NCBI RefSeq assembly: GCF_963921235.1
Contig: NC_086097.1
Coordinates: 17,360,001-17,424,000, forward strand
DNA from: Mobula hypostoma
Taxonomy: Eukaryota
Reading direction: 5' to 3'
DNA length: 64,000 nt
The translations under genes were made by a program, and so were the position numbers. Below the pieces are notes generated by a model. That model was not told the DNA's origin. It searched no databases and saw nothing but the letters and a program-made list of their open reading frames with translations. This document shows, piece after piece, positions 11,001 to 25,430 of the stretch. How positions within the stretch are numbered: the first letter of the stretch is position 1; every line of letters starts with the position of its first letter.

Positions 11001-13104
11001 CGAGCTGTAATAACACAGTAAAATGACATTCATCTTGTGAATCACTACCAGCTCCCACCAGGCCCTTTTCTTTGCTATTTCCCTGTTGTCCTGCAAAACC
11101 TATTATTTGCCAAGTGTTTAACTGACTCCCCTTCTCAGCACTGGGTAATTCTGCTCCATCACAGGGAATGAGCTCACCCTGGCAGTCCTATTCTACCTTT
11201 TTTGTCCTAACTATTGTCCCTGGATATCAGGATATGGAACCATAATTTCCCTACGCAGTGGCAATGAAAATTGGGCATGGAGTTGGGGTGGGGAAAAGGT
11301 GAACACATTTAATGCAACTCATAGCCTCACATGAATTGCATGTCTAGTTCACTCCATTGGAAACTGGGTACATCCAAGGTAACTTTGGATGCTCCAGAAA
11401 ATAATATACTAGACTTATAACCAATGAAACCAACTGATGGATAAACTAATTATTTGCCATTATCCTAGAATCTTAATAATAATGTGTGAATAAGGCCAGA
11501 ATGCATGTCTCCAGCCAAGTACAAGGGGTTTTGGCCATCTAATGCACAAAATCTATTTTTCCTGGAGTTACTAGACTTAATCAAAGCAAAGTAATTTCCC
11601 CAAAAACAGCAGCAGAGCGCACCACTGTTTTTAGGAAAATTGGATGAAAGAAGTATGATTGGAAAATCAGAAGGAAATGTTCCCCCTCTGATTTTCCATT
11701 CATGGTTCCTTTGTTGATTTTTTGTATAGTCTTTCACATTATTTACTTTACAGTCAACTTGGACCTAACTTGCTGAATTATTGCTGATTAAAGGTTATGA
11801 TCAGCCCAGAAGGATAGTTACAGACAGATTGATTGTTTGAAATAAACAGTGGGAAATGGGACAAAAGCCAAAGGGAAAGTTGCCATTTAAATATCACAGA
11901 AACTGAGATGCAGAACAGTGGTGGTGTGTGCTAAGTGATAATCCACTCAGACACAGCAGCTCGAAGGCTCACAGTGATTTTTTTCCCCAAAAGTTGTTGG
12001 GTTGGGTTCATGTCAGATGTTAAAAACTCTGAAAGAGGAACTGAAGCCCCTTCCTGTTTTAACAGAGCCAGGACAAAGTATGGTTCAGCAAGCCTGTTTG
12101 AGGGAAATGCGTTGTTCATTAATAGTTGTTCTATGTTGAAGTATGTGGAGAGATTTTCTTTGCCTCAGGAAACCCGGCAACTGAAGGTAGAAAAAAGGGT
12201 TGAACCATTCCATTTACAACATTGCATGGGGATCAACAGAAGGAGCAATATTTCAACAGCCCAAGCTAGCTTACCAGTAAGTCTGCTGTACCACTGATCA
12301 ACACTAGACTGATTGAACATCATTGGACCGACATCTTCCTGCCTCCAATAACATCTAAGACAATCTGAAGAACCAGATTCATTTTATACTTAATTCATCA
12401 TAGTGTTAAGGGAAAAACAAGCAGTCTATACAGAATTTAGTAAAGACACTCCTATTTGTTTACAAGACATTCCACTCACAGACAGACAGATTAATCGTGG
12501 TACGGACTGAAGACAGGAACATCTGCTTTAGTTTGCATTGGTTCCGTCAACACAACAAAGTCCAAAGGGGGATGATATTAGTACGGAAATATTACTGGCT
12601 GCTTTGCAGCGTGTATGTGTGGATGTTTATTTTATGTGAAGTCACAACATGAAGACAACAACATAGATAGTTTCTTTTATTGAGCTTAAATTGGCAAATT
12701 TTGAGCACTTTACTCATGGTATAAATGCAGCTTTTGTAAGCTAATAAGAACAAAGTCACTGTCACTGGTTTAATGCAGTCTGGGATCAAACAAAAGTCAT
12801 ATGAAACTTAATTGTTAACATGACTGTACCCAAGAATAAATCAAATTATCTTGATACAGGCGCTATGCTACAGATGGCAAGCAAAGAAGGAACTATTTCT
12901 CATAACTACTGACTTTGTAAACAGCAGGGAGTTTGTTTCAGTTAATTCCAAATTTTCCATTTGCATTCTTACACACGGGAACTTCAGGCTGAGAGACAAA
13001 CTCTAAATGGCATTTTGTTTTTAATTTCTGTAAAGGACAAGAAATTATGTTACTCATCCTACAATGTATCGCACAGATACATGAAGAGAGATTGGACAAA
13101 TATA

Positions 13105-14742
13105 AATTTGAGTGTCAGAGGCTGACGGAGGACCAAGGAGAAGTTTATAAAACTTTAAAGGCATAATAGGGTAAACAATCAGAATCTTTCTCCGAGAGTA
13201 GAAAAGTCAAGTAGTAAAGGATGTGCATTTAAAGTCAGAGCTGAGAGAGGGAAAGTTTAAAGGAGATGAGCATGTTAAGTTTTCCTACAAAGACTATAGT
13301 AGATGCCTGGAAATGAATAGCAGGGGTAGTGGAGGAAGCAGATATGATAATGGCTTTTAAGAGGCCTTTAGACAAATACATGAGTTTGCAGAGAAGTTCA
13401 AAGTAAATTTATTATCAAAGTACATAGACGTCACCATATACAACCCTGTGATTCATTTTCTTGTGGGCATTCACAGCAGATACAAAGAAAAACCATAGAA
13501 TTAATGAAAAACCACTCACAATAACGTGGACAAAGAACCCATGAGCAAAAGACAACAAACTGTACAAATACCAAAAAATAAATAAATATCGAGAACATGA
13601 GATGAAGAGTCCTTGACGTTGAGCCCATAGGTTGTGGGTACAGTTCAGTGTTGGGGTGAGTGAAGTTGAGAGAAGTTATCGCCACTGGTTCAGGAGCCTG
13701 ATGGTTGAGGTACAATAACTGCTCCTGAACCTGGTAGTATGGGTCCTGAGGTTCTTGTACCACCTTCCTGATAGCAGCATTAAGAAGAGGGCATGGGCTG
13801 GATGGTGGGCTCTCTGATGATGGATGCTGCTTTCCTGTGACAGCTTTCCAGGTAGATATGCTCATTGGGGTGGAAAGACTTTACCGTGATGTTCTGGGCC
13901 ATATCCACTACTTTTTGCAGCTTTTTAATTCAAGGGCTTTGGTGTTTCCATAACAGGCCATGATGCAACCAGTTAATATACTTTCCACCGTGCATCTATA
14001 GAGATATGTGAAAGTTTCAGATGACATGCCTTGTCTTTGCAAACTTCTAGGAATTTGGAGGTGCCACTTTGCTTTCTTTGTAATGGCACTCATGTACTGA
14101 ACCCAGAGCAGATTCTCTGAAGTTATAATGCCAAGAAATTTAACGTTGTTGACCCTCTCCACCTCTGACTCTCGATAAGGACTGGTTCATGGCCTCTGGT
14201 TTGCTCCTCCTGTCATCAGTAATCAGCTCCATGGTCTTACTAACATTGAGAAAGAGGTTGTTTTTGTGGTACCACTCAGCCAGATTTCCAATCTCCCTCT
14301 TACTGTATATGCTGGTTTGTCACCACCTTTATTTCGACCAATGACAGTGATGCCATCAGCAAACTTAAATATGGCAATGGATCTGTGCTTAGCCTCACAG
14401 TCATAAGTATAATGTGAGTAAAGAAGGGGCTAAGCCCACAGCATTGTGATGCAGCTGCACTGATAGAGATTTTAGAGGAGATGTTGTTGCTAAACTGAAC
14501 TGACTGCATCTGCAATTGAGGAAATCTAGTATCCAATTCCACAAGGAGGTATTGAGGTCAAGGTCTTGAAGTTTATTGATTAGTTTTGAGGGAACAATAG
14601 TATTGAATGCCCAGCTATAGTCAATGGAGGGGATGGAGGAATATGGACCATGTTTTGGCAGAGTAGATTACGTTTAATTCGGCATTGTGTTTGGTGCAGA
14701 CATTATGAGCCAATTGGCCTGCTCCTGTGCTGTACTGTTCTA
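13105..14742 (+). mobile_element. CR1 3' end (13105-13394 plus 14624-14742) split by a Rex1-type insertion
   Basis: EERL...EVYKTLK remnant and tail cctgtgctgtactgttctat. Confidence 0.7.
13395..14623 (-). mobile_element. Rex1/Babar-type LINE, 5'-truncated
   Basis: KFLGIITSENLLW...YRCTVESILTGCIMACYGN; 3' tail tttgaact. Confidence 0.85.
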
Positions 14743-14881
14743 TAAATAACTGTTGAACCATGGAATTTAGCATTTATTCTATCATTAGGAAAAACTACTG
14801 ATGGTTCATAACTGACACACTTAAGTTTTCACCTAATTAAAAAAAAATAACTTCTACATTTCTCCATTGAGTTCCCTGACT

Positions 14882-17800
14882 TAGAACATAGAACATAGAA
14901 CATAGAAAACCTACAGCAGAATACAGGCTCTTCGGCCCACAAAGTTGTGCCGAACATGTCCCTACCTTAGAAATTACTAGGCTTACACATAGCCCTCTAT
15001 TTTTTGAAGATTCATGTATCTATCCAAAAGTGTCTTAAAAGACCCTATCGTATCTGCCTCCACCATCGTTGCCGGCAGCCCATTCCACGTACTCACCACT
15101 CTCCGCGTAAAAAACTTACCCCTGACATCTCCTCTGTACCTACTCCCCAGCACCTTAAACCTGTGTCCTCTTGTGGCAACCATTTCAGCCCTGGGAAAAA
15201 GCCCCTGATTACCCACATGATCAATACCTCTCATTATCTTATACACCTCTATCAGGTCACTTCTTGTCCTCTGTCGCTCCAGGGAGAAAAGGCTGAGTTC
15301 ACTCTACCTGTTTTCATAAGACATGCTCCACAATCCAGGCAACATCCTTGTAAGTCTCCTCTGTACGCTTTCTATGGCTTCCACATCCTTCCTGCAGTGA
15401 GGCGACCAGAACTGAGCACAGTACTCCAAGTGGGGTCTAACCAGGGTCCTATAAAGTTGCAATATTACCTCTCGGCTCCTAAATTCAGTTCCACGATTAA
15501 TGAAGACCAATACACCGTATGCCTTCTCAACCACAGAGTCAACCTGCGTAGCTGATTTGACCATCTATGGACTCGGACCACAAGATCCCTCTGATCCTCC
15601 ACACTGCCAAGAGTGTTACCATTAATACTATATTTTGCCATCATATTTGACCTACCAAAATGAACCACTTCACACTTACCTGGGTTGAACTCCATCTGCC
15701 GCTTCTCAGCCCAGTTTTGCATCCTATCAATGTCCTGCTGTAACCTCTGACAGTTCTCCACACTATCCACAACACCTGCAACCTTTGTGTCATCAGCAAA
15801 TTTAATAACCCATCCCTCCACTTCCTCATCCAGGTCATTTATAAAAATCATGAAGAGTAGGGGTCCCAGAACAGATCCTTGAGGCACACCACTGGTCACC
15901 AACCTCCATGCAGAATATGACCCGTCTGCAACCACTCTTTGCCTTCTGTGGGCAAGCCAGTTCTGGATCCATAAAGCAATTTCCCCCTTGGATCCCATGC
16001 CTCCTTACTTTCTCAATAAGCCTTGCATGGGGTACCTTATCAAATGCCTTGCTGAAATCCATTTACACTACATCTACTGCTCTTCCTTCACCAATGTGTT
16101 TAGTCACATCCTCAAAGAATTCAATCAGGCTTGTAAGGCACGATCTGCCCTTGACAAAGCCAACCTGACTATTCCTAATCATATTATATCTCTCCAAATG
16201 TTCATAAATCCTGCCTCTCAGGATCTTCTCCATCAACTTACCAACCACTGAAGTAAGTCTCACTGTTCTGTAATTTCCTGGGCTATCTCGACTCCCTTTC
16301 TTGAATAAAGGTACAACATCTGCAACCCGCCAATCCTCCGAAACCTCTCCCGCCCCCATTGATGATTCAAAGATCATCGCCAGAAGCTCAGCAATCTCCT
16401 CCCTCCCCTCCCACAGTAGCCAGGGGTATATCTCACCTGGTCCCAATGACTTATCCAACTTGATGCTTTCCAAAAGCTCCAGCGCATCCTCTTTCTTAAT
16501 ATCTACATGCTCAAGCTTTTCAGTCCACTGCAGGTCAGCACTACAATCACCAAGATCCTTTTCCATAGTGAATACTGAAGTAAAGCATTCATTAAATACC
16601 TCTGCTATTTCCTCCGGTTCCATACACACTTTCCCACTGTCACACTTGATAGGTCCTATTCTTTCATGTCTTATCCTCTTGCTCTTCACATACTTGTAGA
16701 ATGCCATGGGGTTTTCCTTAATCCTGCCTGCCAAGGCCTCCTCATGGCCCCTTCTGGCTCTCCTAATTTCCTTCTTAAGCTCCTTCCTGTTAGCCTTATA
16801 ATCTTCTAGATCTCTAACATTACCTAGCTCTCTGAACCTTTTGTAAGCTTTTCTTTTCATCTTGACTAGATTTATTACAGCCTTTGTACACCATGGTTCC
16901 TGTACCCTACTATAACTTCCCTGTCTCATTGGAACGTACCTATGCAGAACTCCACACAAATATCCCCTGAACATTTGCCACATTTCTTCTGTACTTTTCC
17001 CTGAGAACATCTGTTCCCAATTTAAGCTCCCAATTTCCTGCTTGATAGCCTCATAATTCCCTTACTCCAATTAAGCGCTTTTCTAACTTGTCATTTCCTC
17101 TCTCTCTCCAATGCTACTGTAAAGGAGATAGAATTATTAGATTAAATTAGATTCAACTTTATTGTCATTGTGCCAAGTACAGATACAAAGCCAAGGAAAT
17201 GCAATTAGCATCTGACCAGAAGTGCAAAAGAATAGTATTATTTACAAAGTAACTGCGAATAAAAAGTAAGTGCTACAGCATACAAATATAAAAGTACTGA
17301 GACAGTCCAATATGGGTGCAATACTGCTTAGCGCTGTGATGTGAGGTTCAGCAGGGTCACAGCCTCAGGGAAGAAGCTCTTCCTGAGCCTGCTGGTGCAC
17401 AACTGACACCTACTGGATGGGAGGAGAGTAAGACGTCCATGGTTAGGGTGAGATGCATCCTTGATAGTGCTTTTCGCCCTGCCCAGGCAGCACTTATAGC
17501 AGATGTTCTCAATGGTGGGCAATTGGGTGCTGATAATCTGCTGGGCAGTTTTCACCACACGCTGGAGTGCTTTGCGGTCCGATACAGGATAATTGCCATA
17601 CCACACTGAGATGCAGTTGGTGAGTATGCTCTCAATGGTACAGCGGTAAAAGTCCGTCAGTATCATCACTGTCTCCAAAATGCTCTCTCACTGAGAGTTC
17701 TGACACCTGACCAGGTTCATTTCCCAATACCAAATCAAGTACAGTCTCTCCTCTTGTTGGCTTATCTACATATTGTGTCAAGAAACCTTCCTGAACACAG

Positions 17801-18418
17801 CTAACAAACTGTACCCCATCTAAACCCCTTGCTCGAGGGAGATGCCAATCGACATATGGGAAATTAAAATCTCCCATCACAACAACTCTGTTATTATTAC
17901 ACCTTTCCAGGATTTGTTTCCCTATCTGCTCTTCGATATCCCTTTTACTATTAGGCAGCCTATAAAAAACACACAGTAGAGTTATTGACCCCTTCCTGTT
18001 CCTAACCTCCACCCACAGAGACTCTGTAGGCAATCCCTCCATGGCGTCCACATTTTCTGCAGCCGTGACACTATCTCTGATCAACAGTGCCACACCCCCA
18101 CTTCTTTTGCCTCCCTTCCTGTCCTTTCTGAAACAACTAAATCCCGGCACTTGAAGTAAGCATTCCTGTCCCTGAGCCATCCAAGTCTCTGTAATGGCCA
18201 CCACATCATAGCTCCAAGTACTGATCCACGCTCTAAGCCCATCGGCTTCGTTCACAATACTCCTTATATTAATATAGACACATCTCAAACCGTCCGTCTG
18301 AGCGTATCCCTTCTCTATCGCTTACCTATCCTCCCTCACACACTGTCTCCAAGCTTCCTCTATTTGTGAGCCAACCGCCTCTTCCCTGGTCTCTTCATTT
18401 CAGTTCCCACCCCCCAAT
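14882..18418 (-). mobile_element. CR1 LINE ORF2 (APE endonuclease + RT) with (ttctatg)n tail; frameshifted
   Basis: EN: YINIRS, AITETW, MGDFN, LDLVL, DSD. RT: DFSKAFDKVPH, GVPQGSVLGP, KFADD. Tail at 14882-14907. Confidence 0.95.
17138..17663 (-). mobile_element. Rex1/Babar-type LINE 3' fragment nested in CR1
   Basis: FYRCTIESILTNCISVWYGN...LQRVVKTAQ...SFFPEAVTLLN. CR1 sequence resumes on both sides (gaattat | catcact). Confidence 0.9.
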
Positions 18419-20037
18419 AAGACTGAACTTTTTCCTCTGAATAATTTGTTATCAATTAATACTAAGCTTCCTTTTAAAATTGTAAGAAATCAATTTACCT
18501 ACTTGGGTGTAACAATTACCAAGAATTATAAATACCTATTTAACGAAAATTTTCTTACTTTACTGAATTTTGTAAAAAGAACACTATCAAACTGGTCACC
18601 TTTTTTATTACCCTTGATTGGCTGAATTAACTCTATTAAAAGGAATATTTTACCTAAATTTATATACCTTTTTCAGGCATTACCTGTTTTTATTCCTAAA
18701 TTTTTTTTTGATTCTCTCGATTCTATTATATCCTCTTATATATGGAAAAACAAACATCCTCGACTAAATAAAGTTCATCTTCAAAAATCTGAGAAGAATG
18801 GAGGTTTAGCTTTACCAAATTTTAGGTTTCATTATTGGGCAGTCAATATATAAAATCTTACATTTTGGATATATTAACCGTGAGGACTGTCCGATATGGG
18901 TTTCTTTAGAAGCTAACTCTGTTAATAAATTTTCTATTATTTCTCTTCTTGGATTCTCACTCTCTTTATCCTTTAGTAAACTAACTGAAAATTTGGTAGT
19001 TAAACATACTTTGAGGATCTGGGTACAATTTAGGAAATTCTTTGGTCTATTGAGATTTTCTTTGTCGAGTCCCATTTGTTCTAACTATTTTTTAAAACCT
19101 TCGATGACTGATTCAGTTTTTAAAGAATGGGATAGATTGAGTATTAAATGCTTCCAGGATTTGTTTGTTGGAGGAAGTCTTCTTTCGTTTGAGCAAATGC
19201 CAGCTAAATATAGTTTACCCAAAACTCACTTTTTTTGTTATTTACAAATTAGAGACTTTCTGCATTCTCAACTATATACATTTCCTATAAATTCTGTTAA
19301 GGACTTATTAGATGTAATTTTTAATTTGAAACCTTTTTATAATGGTTCATTATCCAATATTTATGGTATGTTGCTTGAAATGAGAAATGTTCCTATAGAC
19401 AAAATTAAAAATCTTTGGGAACAAGATTTACAGACTTCAACCTCTGAGGAAACTTGAAATGAAATTTTTAAATTAGTTAACACTTCATCCTTATGTGCCC
19501 GTCATTCCCTCTTACAATTTAAAGTGGTTCATAAGGCCCACATGTCCAAAGATAAGCTATTTTGTTTTTGTTCGGATATATCTCCTTTCCGTGATAGATG
19601 TAATAATGGAGAAGCTTCACTAATTCACATGTTTTGGACATGCCTGAGCCTTGAAAGATACTGGAAGTATTCCAAACTTTCTCGGTACTTTTCAAGGTAA
19701 ATTTTAAACCTAACCCTTTGACTGCATTATTTGGTATTGATGGAGGAAAAGACTTTATTTTGGAGACACCTGATTTGCATATTTTGGCTTTTATCTCTCT
19801 TATAGCTAGGAGGGCGCTCTTGCTGAAATGGAAGAATGCTGTTCCAGTTACGTGATGTTATGTCATGCTTAAATTTAAAGAAGATCCGTTGTTCAGTTTT
19901 TGAATTTAGCCAAGACTTTTATACATTGTGGGGACCATTTTCTAGTTATTTTCAAAACCTTTGATTTGTTGTAAAAGTACAGATGGTGGCTAATAATATA
20001 TTTTATTATATGATAAGGGATTTTTCCCTTTTTTCTT
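18419..20037 (+). mobile_element. L1-clade LINE, 3' part of ORF2 (decayed)
   Basis: AT-rich. FTYLGVTI, ILPKFIYLFQALP, GGLALPNFRFHYWA and C-terminal DRC...LIHMFWTC zinc-knuckle remnant. Confidence 0.88.
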
Positions 20038-22360
20038 GCTGGATCTCAAGAGAGAGAATTTGTAGAATGTCTGCAAGATGGCTTTTCAGAACAGCTTGTT
20101 GTTGAGCCCACTACGGGATCTCTTGAGAAAGAGAAGCCGAAATCTGATGTGTCGGTATTTCAGTGGAGTAAAGGAAATTACAGTGGCATGAGAGAGGAAC
20201 TGGCCCGAGTTGACTGGAAAGGGACACTGGTGGGAAGGACTGCAGAGCAGCAGTGGCTGGAGTTTATGCGAGAAGTGAGGAAGGTGCAAGACAGGTATAT
20301 TTCAAAAAAGAAGAAATTTTCAAATGGGAAAAGGATGCAACCATGGCTGACAAGAGAAGTCAAAGCCAAAGTTAAAGCAAAGGAGAGGGTATACAAGGAA
20401 GCAAAAATTAGTGGAAAGACAGAGGATTGGGAAGTTTTTAAAAGCTTACAAAAGGAAACTAAGGAAGGCATTAGGAGGGAAAAGATGAACTATGAAAGGA
20501 AGCTAGCAAATAATATCAAGGAGGATACTAAAAGTTTTTTCAAGTATATAAAGAGTAAAAGATAGGTGAGAGTAGATATAGGACTGATAGAAAATGATGC
20601 TGGAGAAATTGTAATGGGAGATAAAGAGATGGCGGAGGAACTGAACGAGTATTTTGCATCAGTCTTCACTGAGGAAGACATCAGCAGTATACCGAACACT
20701 CAAGGGTGGCAGGGAAGAGAAGTGTGCTCAGTCACAACTATGACAGGGAAAGCATTCAGGAAGCTGAATAGTCTAAAGGTAAATAAATCTGCTGGACCAG
20801 ATGGAATGCACCCTCGTGTTCTGAAGGAAGTAGCTGTGGAGGTTGCGGAGGCATTAGCGATGATCTTTCAAAAGTCAATAGATTCTGGCATGGTTCCGGA
20901 GGACTGGAAGATTGTAAATGTCACTCTGCTATTTAAGAAGGGGGCAAGGAAGCAAAAAGGAAATAATAGACCTGTTAGCTTGACATTGGTGGTTGGGAAG
21001 TTGTTGGAGTCGATTGTCAAGGATGAGGTTACGGAGTACCTGGAGGCATATGACAAGATAGGCAGAACTCAGCATGGTTTCCTTAAAGGAAAATCCTGCC
21101 CGACAAACCTATTGCAATTTTTTGAGGGAATTACAAGTAGGCTAGACAAGGGAGATGCAGTGGATGTTGTACATTTGGATTTTCAGAAGGCCTTTGACAA
21201 GGTGCCACACAGGAGGCTGCTAAACAAGATAAGAGCCCATGGAATTATGGGAAAGTTACATACATGGATAGAGCGTTGGCTGATTGGCAGGAAACAGAGA
21301 GTGGGAATAAAGGGATCCTATTCTGGTTGACTGCCGGTTACCAGTGGTGTTCCACAGGGTCCATGTCGGGGCTGCTTCTTTTTATGTTGTACATCAACGA
21401 TTTGGTTTATGGAATGGATGGCTTTGTGGCTAAGTTTGCTGATGATACAAAGATAGATGGAGGGGCTGGTAGTGCTGAGGAAACAGAGAGTCTGCAGAGA
21501 GACTTGGATAGATTGGGAGAATGGGAAAAGAAGTGGCAAATGAAATACAATGTTGGAAAGTGTATGGTTATGCACTTTGGCAGAAGAAATAAACGGGCAG
21601 TCTATTATTTAAATGGGGAAAGAATTCAAAGTTCTGAGATGCAACGGTGCTTGGAAGTCCTCGTGCAGGATACCCTTAAGGTTAACCTCCAGTTTGAGTT
21701 GGTGGTGAAGAAGGCAAATGCAATGTTGGCATTCATTTCTAGAGGAATAGAGTATAAGAGCAGGGATGTGTGTTGAGGCTCTATAAAACACTGGTAAGAC
21801 CTCACTTAGAGTACTGTGGGCAGTTTTGGGCTCCTTATTTAAGAAAGGATGTGCTGACGTTGGAGAAGATTCAGAGAAGATTCACTAGAATGATTCTGGG
21901 AATGAGAGGGTTAAAATATGAGGAGCGTTTGTCCGCTCTTGGACTGTATTCCTGGGAGTTTAGAAGAATGAGGGGGGACCTTATAGAAACATTTCAAATA
22001 TTGAATGGCATGGACAGAGTGGATGTGGCAAAATTGTTTCCCATGGTGGGGGAGTCTAGTATGAGAGGACATGACTTAAGGATTGAAGGGCACTCATTCA
22101 GAACAGAGATGCGAAGAAATTTTTTTAGCCAGAGGTTGGTGAATCTATGGAATTTGTTGCCACAGGCAGCAATGGAGGCCAAGTCACTGGGTGTATTTAA
22201 GACAGAGATTGATAAGTATCTGAGTAGCCAGGGCATCAAAGGTTATGGTGAGAAGGCGGGGGAGTGGGACAAAATAGGAGAATGGATCAGCTCATGATAA
22301 AATGGTGGAGCAGACTCGATGGGCCAAATGGACGACTTCTGCTCCTTTGTCTTACGGTCT
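20038..22360 (+). mobile_element. CR1 LINE, 5'-truncated
   Basis: GPDGMHPRVLKE, QHGFLKGKSC, DFQKAFDKVPH, KFADD, VRPHLEYC, RNFFSQR; 3' tail tcttacggtct. Confidence 0.95.
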
Positions 22361-23283
22361 AAATCTGAATCTCTGCCCCCTGCTCCCATCCCTCAGCCAT
22401 GCATTTATCCTCCACCTCATTCTATTCCTATACTAACTGTCGCATGGCACTGGCAGTAATCCCGAGATTACTACCTTTGTGGTCCTGCTTCTCAACTTTC
22501 TTCCTAACTCCCTGTAGTCTTTTTTCAGGACCTCTTCCCTTTTCCTACCTATGTCATTGGTACCAATATGTACCATGACCTCTGTCTGTTCTCCCTCCCA
22601 TTGCAGGATACCTTGGATGTGATCTGAAACATCCCGGACCCTGGCACCTAGGAGGCAAACTACCATCCGAGTTTCTTTCCTGCGTCCACAGAATCGCCAG
22701 TCTGACCCCCTATAGAGTCCCCTATCATTACTGCCTTCCTCTTCCTTTCCCTACCTTTCTGAGCCACAGGGCCGGACTCTGTGCCAGAGGCACAGCCACT
22801 GTTGCTTCCCCCAGGTAGTTGCCCCCCCCCCCAACAGTACTCAAACAGGAGTACTTATTGTCAAGGGGTACAGCCACAGGGGTACTCTCTAGTACCCGAC
22901 TCTTCCCCTTCCCTCTCCTGAGTGTTACCCACTTGGCTGTCTCCCGTGGCCCCGGTGTGACCACCTGCCTAAAACTCCTTTCTGTCACCTTCTTGCTCTC
23001 CCTGACCAAACGAAGGTCATCGAGCTGCAACTCCAGCTCCCTAACACGGTCCCTTAGGAGCTGCAGCTCGACACATCGGGTGCAGATATGGCCGTCTGGG
23101 AGGCTGGGAGACTCCAGGACTTCCCACACTTGACACCGAGCACAGAAAACCAGCCTCACACACACATACTTCCTTCCCGCAATTAACACAGGTAAACCTA
23201 CCTCGCCTTGTTACCACTTAAGCCCATTGAGCCAAAGACGTATCACTGCCCGCTGGATATGGCGGTCTTCTTTTTAAACTTTA
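22361..23283 (-). mobile_element. CR1 5' region: ORF1 (zinc finger/leucine zipper + SGNH esterase)
   Basis: CARCQVWE...CTRCVELQLLRDRVRELELQLDDL and VVCLLGARVRDV...VMVHIGTNDIG...VVISGLLP. Confidence 0.9.
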
Positions 23284-25034
23284 AAGTTTACAACCCATAA
23301 CTAAAAAAAAATCTGACTTGGTGATGACTGGGTGTTTGGACAAAACTAGTCCACTACAAGCTGTCTAAACTGAGCTAAAAGCCAGGTCATTTGAATAATT
23401 AGGATAAATAATTTAAAGGAAACCTGTAGGTCTTTTGTACGTGCGTAAAGTGCTTAAATATTACTTTAAGTTACCAAAATATTGGCTTTGTTCCATCATC
23501 TCATATAATGAAATGAAACCACAAAGTGGTTCAAGTCTAAAAGGATGTGCCACTAATGCTAAGAGTCTGAAATTAACAGTTCATATATACCCAAGATTTT
23601 TATTAAAGCCAGTTTAAAGGAAAAAAAGGTGAAGTACAATGGGTAACCATTCATCTACATGCAGCTTTATCGGCTGTCTAAGTATTTAACATACTTCCTT
23701 GAATTATTGGAAGGAATCAACCAGCTTTAAGAATTACAGTAGTGATCCTCAAAGTTGTGGACTAATCTGTTGAATGTAAATTGCTGCAATGCTCATTTTA
23801 ATGGAACAGAGTACAGAGATGGTAAAATCATTGCATACTAGTATTTATTTTTCTATTAAAAGGAGCAAAGGAAAAGGTAACTCCAAAAGATTAAGTTGTT
23901 ACTGAGAAGAATACCATAGTTTACCCCTAGGAATCGATTATCATTATGGCTAATGGTTATAATTCGCATTCCAGGCAGGGATTTTATATCTTAACAGGAG
24001 CACAGAGTGGGGATTCAGGCAGGAAAGTCCATGGTCCCGAAGAATTTCCATTCCTTAAAATAAAATAAAATAAAATTTGATAAGTGTACTACATCTCAAC
24101 CACACACTCCAATGTAGCCCACCTTCCTGTTTCATCAATTTCCACACAGTGCATGAAGTCTACAGAGAGCATACAGTTTTAAAGTTTGCTTTTAGCAATT
24201 TATAATTTGGAGCACACTAGAAACTCAAACTACAACATTTACTTGCAATATGTCAACATCAAGTGATTTATAGAGGGTAGAGTGCAGAGACAACCAATAT
24301 CTGCAGTAATTCACCATGGAACTTCTACATTGTCTTCAAAGTAAGAAATTAATACACATAATTTTCAGATCCACTAAAAGTTTATAATGTTTACCATTGG
24401 GTATATGCGAAGAATACATAGTTTCTCAGTTGTTCAATTAAGTTTGTTTTGCAACGTACATTGTCCATTGGTTTCCAAATAAATAATTTTAGTTATACTT
24501 AACAATAGCAGTACCCTAAAGACATCAGAAGTCCATCCAAAGTTCAGAGTATTCAATCTGACATTTTTACATTATGTTTATCACTAATGTAGGAGAAACA
24601 ACTATAAATTTATGTTTATAGTATCTTAGTATAGAAGCAAAAAAGAATATTCTAAGGTTCAGAAGTTCAAAGGTTCATTTAATATCAAGGTATGTACCGT
24701 ATGCAGTATACAACTCAGATTTGTCTTCTCCAGATAGCCATGAAACAAAGAAAACCATGGAAGTCATTCCAAAAGTAACAGCAAACCCAAACCCAGCACA
24801 AAAAAAAGAATGTCACCCCAATCATCAAATCCCCAAAACCCCAAACCTCCCTCTCCTGCAAAATTCTTGGGGTTTGTTGACAGAAAAACCAGAAGATCTA
24901 ACAACGAGAAAGGACTAGATCCTTTTTCAATAGGCCGATCCCATGTCTTTTCTATTTTTCCACCTGATTGCAATATCTCTAATTCACTGTGTCCAAATAT
25001 CAGTATCAACCTTGAATATACAAATGACTGAGCA

Positions 25035-25430
25035 TTATAGAGGTTTAAAACATTATGAGAGGCATAGATAGAGTAGACAGACAGTATTTTTTTCCCCGGG
25101 GTTGAAATGTCTAAAAGCAAAAAGGCATGTATTTAAGGTGAGACTGGGTAATTTCAAAGGAAATATAAGGTTCAGATGTTTTTGCACAGGAGTTGTGAGT
25201 GCCTAGAATACACTGCCTGGGGTGGTAGTAGAGGCAGATGCATTAACGACTCTTCAGAGATGTTTAGATAGGCACAGGAATGTGAGGAAAATGGAAGGAC
25301 ATAGACTATGTGTAGACAGAAGGGATTAGTTTAGTTGGCCATTTGATTACTAATTTAATTGTTTTGGCACAACATTGTGGGCCAAAGGACCTGTTCCTGT
25401 GCTGTGTTGTTCTATGTTCTATGTTCTATT
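25035..25430 (+). mobile_element. CR1 3' end
   Basis: gaggtttaaaacattatgagaggcatagataga and tail ttctatgttctatgttctat. Confidence 0.8.

Noticed and set aside
15004..15555. Long plus-strand ORFs opposite CR1 (also 47645-48139, and 58852-59385 on the minus strand)
   Set aside because: These are antisense shadows of CR1 ORF2.
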